Below are positions 49,801-61,400 of a DNA stretch of 64,000 nt, one piece after another (position 1 is the stretch's first letter; each line of letters starts with the position of its first letter). Both the position numbers and the translations under genes were made by a program. Source of the DNA: Macrostomum lignano (taxonomy: Eukaryota); contig NIVC01000894.1 of the NCBI GenBank assembly GCA_002269645.1, positions 352,336-416,335 on the forward strand, written 5' to 3'. The notes under the pieces were generated by a model. That model saw nothing but the letters and a program-made list of their open reading frames with translations, was not told the DNA's origin and did not search any database.

Positions 49801-49895
49801 TAGCTCCAGTCTAGTGCCATTCTAGCTCCAGTCTAGTGCCATTCTAGCTCTACAGTCTAGTGCCATTCTAGCTCCAGTCTAGTGCCATTCTAGCT
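46860..49895 (+). mobile_element. Helitron-like element with two fused 5' ends and a CTAG-rich internal array; 3' end unresolved
   Basis: A|TCCAATATACTAAAAATC at 46860 and TCTAATATACTAAAAATG at 46938, then family-1b-like body. No terminal hairpin recognised. Confidence 0.5.
47200..49895. repeat. 22/24-bp minisatellite (CTAGCTCCAGCCTAGTGTTGTT / CTAGCTACAGTCCAGTGCCATT)
   Basis: About 120 monomers, often alternating as a 44-bp dimer. Confidence 0.95.
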
Positions 49896-50052
49896 TGCTA
49901 TTTATTTATTTTCGCTATTAACATTTACTTATTCATGCCAGTTGGCCAGGCCTGCTGAGACAGGCATTGTCGAGGACCAGGGACAATTTCTTTGACCGTC
50001 AATTATTTAGGGGTTATTATCTTGTGGTGTAGATAATTAAATTAACGCAAAG

Positions 50053-52185
50053 ATGTCTCAGGGAGCCATGCCTTACCTGGGCAGCCGGATTAGCCTAATC
50101 TCCAAGGCGGCAATCCGATACGAGGGTACCCTGTACACCATCGACACGGTGGAGTCCACCGTGGCCCTGTCAAAAGTGAAGTCATTTGGCACCGAGGACC
50201 GGCCGTGCGATAGGCCGGTGCCGCCCCGGGACGAGGTGTACGAGTACATCATCTTTCGCGGTAGCGACATCAGCGACTTGCACGTGTGCGAGCCGCCCAA
50301 GCCGAGCGGCGGTCTGGTGCAGCAGGACCCGGCAATTGTGAAGATTGACACCAAGCCCAGCACGCCACCGCCGCCGCCCGGCTACCCGCGGATGCCCACA
50401 CAGCCGCCGAATGTCACCTCCCCGGGTGTGCCACCGCAGACTTCCATGCCTCCGCCGCCGCTGCCGCCTCAGCATCAGCAGCAGCAGCAGCAGCAGCAGT
50501 TCTCCAATGCTGCTGGACCGATGGCTTCGGCCCGAGGGCCGCCCCCAATGTCGCAGCCGCCTATGGGCTCGGGTGGACCGTTAGGCATCAGCAAAATGGT
50601 GAGTTGTCGCTGAGGAGCTAAGTCACTTTAAACTAATTCTAAGTAAATCCCCCAGGTCCCCAATATCCCCAAGTCAATCCCCCAGCTCCCCATGTCCCCA
50701 AGCTGATACCTCAGCTCCCCAAAATCCTTAATTTAATCCCCAAGCTTATATCGCAATCGCAATATCACCAAGCTTACAACAAAGCTCTCCAAAGTTTCTA
50801 AATAAATATTGTTAAGTCTTAAAGCCCCATGATATCCTCGAATAGTCCGGCCCCAATGTTCCCTTGGGCTAATTGCTAAAACTCTTCAACAAACTTTGAA
50901 TTTCTAAAGTTCCAAATTCCATCTTCGAACTAAAGCAACCCATTTTTATAAATCTGATTTCGAGCAGTTCGGCAGCTCGGGCGGTCCACCGCAGCTGCCG
51001 CCACCGTCAATGGCTAGCATTGTAAGCCAACCGCCGCCTCCGCAGCCGATGCCCCGCCAGCAGCAGCAGCAAAATGCCCGGTCTAACCAAGGCCCGCCTC
51101 CGCCAATGAACAATCAGCAGATGATGCACCAGCAGCATCACCAGCAGCAGCAGCCATCAAGTGTGCCACCAGGTGGACATCAGCGGGGACGCCAGGACCA
51201 GCAGCAGCACCAGCAGCAGCAACGCCAGCCTCAGCAGCATCAGCGCGGCGAATACAGCGGCGGTGGCAACTTTGAGAATCGCAGGCCTGACACTGGCCCA
51301 ACTCGCTACCAGAATCAGCACCAGCAGCAGCAGCAGCAGCATTCGATGGGCTCAGTCGAGTTTCGTCGAGGCCGCGGAGGCGGTGGCGGCTTCCGTGACG
51401 GCGGCAGCGGCGGTGGCTTCCGTGACGGCGGCGGCGGTGGCTTCCGTGACGGCGGCGGCAGTGGCTTCCGTGGCGGCGGTGGCTTCCGTGGCGGCGGCGG
51501 CGGTGGCGGAGGCTTCCGCGGCGGTGGAGGCGGTGGCTTCCGCGGTGGCGGCGGCCCGATGCCAATAGGCGGCGGCTTCCGTCGGCCCATCGGCTATCGC
51601 GGCGGCCACGGCGGCGGAATCGGACGGCCGATGCCTCCGCAGAGCTTTGGCGGCGGCGGAGGCGGCGGGCCGCCCCGCTCAGGCAGCGGCGTGAAGTTCG
51701 AAGGCGACTACGATTTCGAATCGGCGAACGAAGACCTGGCTAAGGAGTTGCAGAAAATCTCCGTGTCTGGCGCCGATTCCGACGCCGGCGAGGACGGCGG
51801 CAACGACAGCGGCGGCGGCAACGCAGCCGGCGACGCCGCGTCGAATGAAGGCGACGAGGCTGGCGGCTACAACAAGTCCAAGTCGTTCTTCGACAACATC
51901 AGCTCGGAGGCTGTGGACAGGGGCAGCGCCGGAGGCAGCGGAGGTGGCAGGCCGAACTGGCGAGAGGAGCGCAAGCTCAACACGGAGACTTTCGGGCACG
52001 TGCCCCGTAACCATCACCATGGCAACTTCCGCGGCGGCCGAGGCGGAGGTCGCGGCTTTGCCAGGGGCTACTCGGGCCCGCCTGGCCGCATTGGTGGCTA
52101 CAATAACAGCTTCGGCGGCAGGGGCGGATACGGCGGGGGCGGCGGCTTCAATCGCGGGGGCGGACGCGGGGGCGGCGGCTGGTAA
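50053..52185 (+). CDS. LSM14: LSM14/RAP55/Trailer-hitch family P-body protein, 587 aa, 2 exons
   Basis: Exons 50053-50598 and 50968-52185 (phase 0). LSm domain ([11 protein letters not shown]...[11 protein letters not shown]), FDF-like [11 protein letters not shown] (SFFDNIS), TFG (NTETFG) and RGG repeats. Confidence 0.95.
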
Positions 52186-53274
52186 AAGGGGCAACCGGCA
52201 GCTCAGAGTTGGCAGAAGAACATCGGTGCTCTCTTGCTCTCACAGACAGACTGACATTGGAATGAATGAAGAGAGAACTTATTTAAAAGCAGAGACTCGT
52301 TGGCTATTGCAACAAATGGAGAATTCAGTCGTATAAAAATCAGCAGCTATTAGATATCGATAATTAGCGAGTGAAAAAATCATAACTTTGAAGCCCTGCT
52401 TGTTTTCCTATTGTCTGACCAAATAGTTCTCGTATAGAGTATTAAATATTCAAGTAATTTAATTAAATAACTCTATTTCGTTGGACAATTGTTAATTTAT
52501 TATATAACCACACTATTATTGTTTGTCATGTACATTTAGACTTGGTCGCTTGCTAAATAATTTGAGTTCGCGCGTCTACACTGTGTGAGATTGCCCCGGT
52601 TTTTTATACAAGTCCGTACTGTACTTTTATTGACTATTTCATACGTAGTCAGCATTCAATTGCGTGATGATGAGTATAATGTTAGTCTGCCCGGTTCCTC
52701 TGTCTCCGAATTAGCGCTACTAATTGCTGTCCATCTGAGCTGAGCTGCAATTCCCCCCCCCCTTCCCAACTCAAAGTTATCTGTTTACTCATTAATTTTT
52801 GGCCTGTTTGTTTTGCTGCATTTCCTGTGCTATTGTTATATTACTATTACTAATTATAATTACTGTTTATCATACATAATTCCACATCCCCGCCTCTCTC
52901 AGCTCTTGGCGCGTCTCCAATGCTTGGGAAATGTTTCAAGTTTCAACAGAAGCGGTAATGGTCGGTTTTGTACCAGCGAATTTTGATTTAAATCCAATTA
53001 AAATATCCAAATAAACTAGAAGGGGGCTTTGAAGTTTCATACCAGAAAAGGATAAAAAACTTTCCTGTTCAAATCTGCGGCCGCGCTGTAATTGCATTCT
53101 GTTGGTGTTATTTTTATTTGAGTCAACTAGTGCTATCATAATATGAGAATTATACAGTCGCATTAGACAGAATTAAAGCAATTTTAATGCGATAAACAAT
53201 CTCTGAAAAACCAATAATGATTTAGGAAATGTATTAATTGTAATACAAAATATTAGCAATGGTGGCACCATTAA

Positions 53275-53570
53275 TTGATCTGTGCAATGGACATCGGGTC
53301 CTCAGCTACCCATTTTGATCTGTGCAATGGACATCGGGTCCCTAGATACCCAAATTGATCCGTGCAATGGACATCGGGTCCCTAGATACCCAAATTGATC
53401 TGTGCAATGGACATCGGGTCCTCAGCTACCCAAATTGATCTGTGCAATGGGCATCGGGTCCTCAGCTACCCATATTGATCTGTGCAATGGACATCGGGTC
53501 CTCAAATACCTATACATTGATCTGTGCAATGGGCATCGGGTCCTCAGATACCCATATTGATCTGTGTAGT
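53275..53570. repeat. 40-bp minisatellite between the convergent LSM14 and COMMD2 3' ends
   Basis: About 7 units of TTGATCTGTGCAATGGACATCGGGTCCTCAGCTACCCA... Confidence 0.9.
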
Positions 53571-53751
53571 GGACCCTCTGTCTTTTCACCAATTATTCCT
53601 ACCCTCCACAGAGCCACAGAATAAGCTATTAAAATCCGCAGACTATAACGAATCAATAACAGTCAATTATTGCTGGATAACTAGAAATAGCGTGATAAGG
53701 AATCATGCGAATGTTTTGAAGGCTTGGTTTTATTGTAGGCCTGTACAGTGA

Positions 53752-54728
53752 CTACTTCACGTAGCGCACGATTCGCTGAGCGTGATTCGTCTGTCCAGCA
53801 GTTAGAGCAGCCTCCAGACTCTCAACAAGATGTCGCAGATTGTTGGGGTCAGTCTGCAGCCAGTGGCTGGTGCGGCGGCCGTCAGCTGATTGCGTGACCA
53901 GGTGCAGTTTCAGCAGGGGGACAATTTGATCGCCCAGACAACGAGAAGCGATTTCAACATCGAATCGCCAGCGAAGGGAGTGAAATGCTGGCAGAGACTG
54001 TTGGCTGGTGGGCCTAGACGATCTCATTGAAGGTGCTGTTGGTTGGCATGGTGACAGGGCTAGAGCAGCCGAATCCAGGTGAGCCAAGTGATCTCGCAGA
54101 GCAGCTTGATTGGCTGCTGTGTGAGCAGCAATTCCTGAGGCTACACCTGCAGGCGCCCCACACAGCAAGAGGCACTCTTCGACCTCTTTGGTCTCACAGG
54201 AAAGCCTGGCTGAGGTCTCGAGCAGCAGTGACAGGCAGTCAATGAGGCGCTGCATCTCAGCCTTGTCAATTTGGCATTTGCCTGAAAATTTTTATTATAT
54301 GAGTATACTATCTTTACTTGATTCAAAATTTCTATGTAAAAAAACTTTTAAAATGTTTTTTCTTTCAAACAAGCAAAATCACTCACTTGCTGCATTTGCA
54401 ATCAATTTTGGATTGAGTTTTGATGAAAATGTCGACTCTGCCATGCTGCATAGCTCTTCAATTACTAAAATGAAAAAATAATTAAAACAATGGTCTTTAT
54501 TTCAAATTCAAATTGATGTTTTATTTTATATGCTTTGGCAGAAAATGTGTCAATAAACTCAGCAACTTTAAATTGTAATTAAATATATTTTTGGAATTTT
54601 GTGAGTCTTAAAATTGGTTAAGTCAGTTTACCAATTACTAACTTACCTTCATGAGAAGCAAACGATTCCAACACAGTTTGAAAGGATGCATTAAATAACT
54701 TAATTGAAACCTGCTGATATAGTTTCAT
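53752..54728 (-). CDS. COMMD2: COMM domain-containing protein 2, 229 aa, 3 exons
   Basis: Exons 54728-54647, 54464-54387 and 54281-53752 (phases 1, 1). COMM domain LRWRFDVEIASR...LQTDP...TNHAQRIVRYVK matches the COMMD2-type C-terminus as I recall it. Confidence 0.88.
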
Positions 54729-55413
54729 TTCCACTAAAAAGAATTATCGATCACAAAAACTGCAGAATTATTTAAAGCTAGAGTCGTTATGACCTTAACG
54801 ATTACAAAATTTTGGCTGCAAATCCAGTTGATTTGACGATACAAGATACATTTAAAAAGCCATGCAATTTCTAGAAAGAGCAGCTTTTGAAGTGAGGGTT
54901 ATTATTTTTTTTTAAAGCCAAAACTTATTTTTTAGTTATTACAGAGTGCTTTTTTTATAATACTTTTAAGAGAAGAATTTAAAAGTTATCTTTTTTTATT
55001 TTATTAGAAAACTTTGTTTGTATACGTGAAATGATTATTTGATTTGTCTATATTTAGTTCTTTCTAAGAACCTGCTCTGATCTTTATACCAAACTTATTA
55101 AGGCTGCGTTTTAATATTAACCTAAATGACCTGATACGGCCAAAGATTTAAGTTTCAAAGAAAGGCGAAAAACGAAGCAATATCTCTGTATGGTTTCATT
55201 TAATAGCATAGGTTACTATTACTATTTTTGCTAATATGGTTCATTTTATTTCGTACTGTCTCCACTGATCCCAACCTTTAATTAAAAAACCGATTAAATT
55301 CTACTAGGCCGGCATTAGCTGTACGAAACCACTCACCACTGTTCCTAATTAAAACATCATTTAAGCAAGCCAGTTATTTATTTTTCGCTTTGCAGAGCTT
55401 CTGCATAACATAA

Positions 55414-58400
55414 ATGGAGCCAGCCAAGTATAACTTTATTTTTGGTGGTATATTTGGTGCATCAAGTCATCAGAAAGCTCCAAATTTCTCACAATCACCA
55501 CAAGCTGGACAACGAAGTTCACCTGGCATTCCTACATTCACTCGTCATGTTTCTGTATCATCAAATTTTAAGTTTGATCAAGGTCAAAAAACAGAAACAA
55601 GTAGTCCATTGTCTCCAGGAGCACTCCCTCTCCCTAGTTATGGTCATGGATCTACTAGTCATTGCTCTACCCAATCTACTGCAATGAAGGATGGCCCACG
55701 AAGACCAACAGCAAAGCTATGTAAGATCATTATATATTTTTTATATTATTTTTAATAAAACAATATTAAAGCCTAGTACTTATTTTTAATTGTTTTTACA
55801 ATATTTTAAATGACTATATTATTTATAATCAGGAAGGTGTTTTGTATGCCTGAATTTTCTGGCATGCATTACATGCATGCCCAACACCCATCCAACCTGT
55901 CCAAACCAGACGGGTAAAATGGCCGTTGGTTAAGATAAGTCGCAAAATCAAAAATGTGAAAACCGAAAAATTGGGAAAAGAAAGAAAGGAGAGAGGAGAG
56001 AGAGAATGAGAGAGAGAGGGAAAAGAGGAGAGAGCAAGAGAAAGGAAAGAAGAGAAACAGGCAAGAAAAGTGATATACAAAGTGAAAATTAAGTCGCAAT
56101 CAGGAGGAACTAAGTCGCAATCAAGAACTAAGTCGCAATCGGGAGGAACTAAGACTCAATCAAGAAGAACTAAATCACAATCGAGAGGAACTAAGTTGCA
56201 ATCAGGAAGAACTAAGTTGCAATCAGGAGGAACTAAGTTGCAATCAGGAGGAACTAAGTCGCAATCAGGAAGAACTAAGTCGCAATCAGGAGGAACTAAG
56301 TCGCAATCAGGAGGAACTAAGTTGCAATCAGGAAGAACTAAGTCGCAATCAGGAGGAACTAAGTTGCAATCAGGAAGAACTAAGTCGCAATCAGGAGGAA
56401 CTACAAATCGCAATCAAGAGGAACTAAGTTGCAATCAAGAAGAACTAAGTCGCAATCGGGAGGAACTAAGTTGCAATCAGGAAGAACTAAGTCGCAATCA
56501 AGAGGAACTAAGTCACACTGGATAGGTGAAATTTTGAGGTTGGGCATGTATGATGCATTAGCCCTACATAATTCATTGGTGTGCATATTTGGGTGCAAAA
56601 TTATTGCTTTTTAAAAATAACATAGATAAGAAATATTTTTAATATGTCATTAGCAAGTTTTTTATATTGTGAAATATTTTTAACAAACAATAAAGCTAAT
56701 CCTTAATTTTATGACCATAAGCCTAAATTAATTTTGAATAAGTATGATAATCTTAAAACCCAAATTTATATATTCTAAGTACTATGAAGTTTGTTAAATA
56801 AAGCTAAAGTTTTTTCCTTGTAAAATTTTTTAATTCCTATTTTTTTCTTTGTTATTTTTTGCTAGTGCATTTCCTAAAACTTATTTAATAGATAACTAAG
56901 CATTGCATTCCTCTTATTAAACTATGCAAGAAGTATTTATTTTTCATAATAATTTTTATATTGTCTTTAAATTCAATAAGATTATAATCTAAAACTGATA
57001 GTGAGTGGTGTTGGCATTCTAAGTAGTTCAATATGATTGTTTCACACAATTTTCAATTTTATAGAGAAAAGTTTGTTATTCTTAATTTTTTGCTCTTTTT
57101 AGAATTCAAATGAGTATGAAAACTTCTTGTCATTTTCTTAGGGCATGTATATCAATTATAAGGTCATTTAACAGCTTTTAAGACAAGAGTAGTAGCAATG
57201 TTAGGTAGTTTTGGGTATTTTTCATTTGGGTAAATATTTGTTGGCTTCTTTTACAATGACAAAACATTACAGATAACTGATTAAAGTGATTGCTTTAAAT
57301 AAAATTGTTTTAAACAAGAAAAAAGAAACAAAATATGATTTCTTGTTCTTTTTTGACAATTAAGAAATGAATGTCAGGTATCAAAATACTTACTTTCCTA
57401 TATGTCATCAAATTTCTATTTTGCTACAAAATTTCTAAAAAATGGCTATAATTAATTTTTAAACAGCTCTGCCACTGCGCACTGGATCTGAACCACCACT
57501 TGGTCGACGCCGCATGCTTCCCGTGCCAGTGTCCATCGACCTGCCGCAGCAGCAGTACACGCCGTCGCCCTCATCTGCTCATTCTGTACAATTTAGTCCG
57601 TGAGTTACTTTCACTATTTCCTTTTCTAAGTGATAAATTAGATTAAAGGGAGTGAATGAGAGAGTGAGATAAGAGCGATGCAGAGAGTGAGATAAGAGCG
57701 ATGCAGAGAGTGAGATAAGAGTGACGCTGAGAGTGAGATAAGATCGATGCAGAGAGTGAGATAAGATTGACGCAGAGAGTGAGATAAGAGCGATGCAGAG
57801 AGTGAGATAAGAGCGATGCAGAGAGTGAGATAAGAGCGATGCAGAGAGTGAGATAAGAGCGATGCAGAGAGTGAGATAAGATTGACGCTGAGAGTGAGAT
57901 AAGAGCGATGCAGAGAGTGAGATAAGAGCGATGCAGAGAGTGAGATAAGAGCGATGCAGAGAGTGAGATAAGATCGATGCAGAGAGTGAGATAAGAGCGA
58001 TGCAGAGAGAGAGATAAGAGCGATGCAGAGAGTGAGATAAGAGCGATGCAGAGAGAGAGATAAGAGCGATGCAGAGAGTGAGATAAGAGCGATGCAGAGA
58101 GAGAGATAAGAGCGATGCAGAGAGTGAGATAAGAACGATGCAGAGAGTGAGATAAGAGCGATGCAGAGAGTGAGATAAGAGTGACGCTGAGAGTGAGATA
58201 AGAGCGATGCAGAGGGTGAGATAAGAACGACGCTGAGAGTGAGATAAGATCGATGCAGAGAGTGAGATAAGATCGATGCAGAGAGTGAGATAAAAGTGAC
58301 GCTGAGAGTGAGATAAGAGCGATGAAGAGAGATAATCGAGTGTACTGAACTCATCTGGCTTGCATGAAGTCTCAGGCAACAGTTGAGAAGCTGACTTATT

Positions 58401-61400
58401 CAAGCGTCGCTAGTACTTAACTTGAGAATATAAAAATAGTCTCAATCAGGAAAGTCTTAGTACGGCCTCGCAATAATTAGATTCCACGATGATGATGATA
58501 AAACAGTAAGGCATCCCTGCTCGGTAGGGGTTGCCGTGAGAGATGGAAAAGGGGGTGAGACTTTGCGATTAGGCCTCAAGGCTGAAGCCTCGGTCACGCC
58601 CCCCCCTCTCAGCTAGGTTTGCAATTAGGCAGCTGCAGGAGGGGTACGTGGGGGGGAGAAATTAATACCCTGCTAGTGCGTTTATCCTCCCGAGTTGCAT
58701 AGCGCGTGACGAGAGCCAGGCTCTTAGTGCGCGACTGATTACGGTGCCTCAGGGTCTCTTGCCTTCGAGTCAGTATCGATGCTGCCACGGCTCCTGTTGA
58801 GATGCACTTTCTCTGAATGACGCCTCGCCTCTCTCCGTGTCTCATGCCTCGCGTATTGTATAGTGCATTCTAACTGGCTTTGTATTGGTTTAAAATCTTC
58901 AATTCTGATTTTTGTGTTCAGGTCTTTGTTCAGCTACCATTGCTATTACCACCGGGTCTTTGTTCAGCTACCATTGCTAATCTTCGGGTCTTTGTTCAGC
59001 TACCATTGCTATTACCACCGGGTCTTTGTTCAGCTACCATTCCTATCACCACCGGGTCTTTGTTCAGCTACCATTGCTAATCTTCGGGTCTTTGTTCAGC
59101 TACCATTGCTTTGACCACTGGGTCTTGTTCAGCTACCATTGCTATCACCACCGGGTCTTTGTTCAGCTACCATTGCTATCACCACTGGGTCTTGTTCAGC
59201 TACCATTGCTATCACCACCGGGTCTTTGTTCAGCTACCATTGCTATCACCACCGGGTCTTTGTTCAGCTACCACTGCTAATCTTCGGGTCTTTGTTCAGC
59301 TACCATTGCTTTGACCACTGGGTCTTGTTCAGCTACCATTGCTATCACCACCGGGTCTTTGTTCAGCTACCATTGCTATCACCACTGGGTCTTGTTCAGC
59401 TACCATTGCTATCACCACCGGGTCTTTGTTCAGCTACCATTGCTATCACCACCGGGTCTTTGTTCAGCTACCACTGCTAATCTTCGGGTCTTTGTTCAGC
59501 TACCATTGCTTTGACCACTGGGTCTTGTTCAGCTACCATTGCTATCACCACCGGGTCTTTGTTCAGCTACCATTGCTATCACCACTGGGTCTTGTTCAGC
59601 TACCATTGCTATCACCACCGGGTCTTTGTTCAGGTACCATTGCTATCACCACCGGGTCTTTGTTCAGCTACTATTGCTATCACCACCGGGTCTTTGTTCA
59701 GCTACTATTGCTATCACCACTGGGTCTTTGTTCAGCTACCATTGCTATCACCACCGGGTCTTTGTTCAGCTACTATTGCTATCACCACTGGGTCTTTGTT
59801 CAGGTACCATTGCTATCATCGAGTCTTTATTCAGCTACCATTGCTATCACCATTGGGTCTTTGTTCTGCTCAGCTTCACTGGGTCGTCGTTCAACAAACA
59901 GTCTTTATTAAGCTACTAACTCTCTCTCCATGTCTTTGTTATTAATTTCGCATCTATCGCCGCCAACCCACGCTCAACCTGCAGAGAGGACCAGGTGCAC
60001 CGGCGCTACGAGGAGATGCTGAAGAAGAGCGGCCAGCTGACCCTTGACCCCGGCGGGCCCACCATCAGCTGCCAGCGTGAGGACATCCAGCTGGAATGCG
60101 AGCTTGGCCAGGGCATCTGCGGCGTGGTGTCGCGGGCCAGGCTGAAGCAGTGCGGCCGCCAGATGGCCGTGAAGGTGATGCGGCGGACGGGCAATAATGC
60201 AGAGGAGAACAAGCGAGTGATCATGGACCTGGAGGTGGTGACCAAGTGTCACGATTGCCGGCACATTGTTCGCTGCTTCGGCGTGTTCATATTCCCGTCG
60301 GAGGTGTGGGTCTGCATGGAGCTGATGGCCACCTGCTTAGACCGGCTGATGCGGCATGCCGGAGCGCTGCCTGAGAGGATTCTGGGCAAAATTGTGGTGC
60401 CAATTCTCAAGGTGAGCTGCGGTTCTGTGGGATAATTGAGATAGGATTTTTCTGTGACTGCCGTTTGGGATTTGGGATAACTGAGATGGGATTTTTCTGT
60501 GGCTGTCGTTTGGGATTTGGGTAACTGAGATGGGATTTTTCTGTGGCTGTCGTTTGGGATTTGGGATAACTGAGATGGGATTTTTCTGTGACTGTCGTTT
60601 GGGATTTGAGATAACTGAGATGGGATTTTTCTGTGACTGCCATTTGGGATTTGGGTAACTGAGATGGGATTTTTCTGTAACTGTCTTTTGGATTTGGGAT
60701 AACTGAGATGGGATTTTTCTGTGACTATCATTTGGGATTTGGATAACTGAGATGGGATTTTTCAGTGACTGTCGTTTGGGATTTGGGATAACTGAGATGG
60801 GATTTTTCAGTGGCTGTTATTTGGGATTTGGCGATAATTGAGATGGGATTTGAGGATAACTGATATGAGATTTTTCTGTGACTGTCGTTTGGGATTTGTG
60901 GCAACTGAGGTGGGCTTTGGGATAATGAGATGAGATGAGATGGGATTTTTTCAGGGACTGTTATTTGGGATTTAGGATAACTGACTTAATACTTTCAGCG
61001 ATATGGTAGCCAGTACTGTACTATTTAGACCTACTAATTTTAACCCGTTGCTCCTTCAGCTCACACAAGCAACTCAATGAGCTTTTAGGGAAGCCTTCAT
61101 GTGTTTTTATCTACTAGCTAATGCATTTCCCAGATCTCCAGATATCCCTAGAAGCTGTAGAAATCCTCTCACATGATTAAGCTATTTTCTCACCGCCTGC
61201 AGGCTCTGCACTACCTGAAGGAGCGGCACAATATCATCCACCGCGACGTGAAGCCGTCCAACATGCTGCTAAGCGAATCTGGCCGAGTGAAACTCTGCGA
61301 CTTTGGCATCTCCGGCCTGCTGGAGGACTCGCGGGCCAAGACTCGAACCGCCGGCTGCACGGCCTACCTGTCGCCCGAGCGGATCACTCTGGCCGCGCCC

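Noticed and set aside
39131-50053. Parkin head-to-head with PACRG as in vertebrates
   Set aside because: No Ubl or RING exons were seen. The divergent neighbour in this window is LSM14.
50073-52336. Antisense and alternate-frame ORFs over LSM14, and similar ones over PGP, PACRG, COMMD2 and MAP2K7 exons
   Set aside because: Shadow ORFs expected from GC-rich codon usage in real exons.
55829-60731. Repetitive ORFs in MAP2K7 introns ([25 protein letters not shown] and similar)
   Set aside because: They are translations of intronic minisatellites, and the exon chain is already complete and in phase without them.
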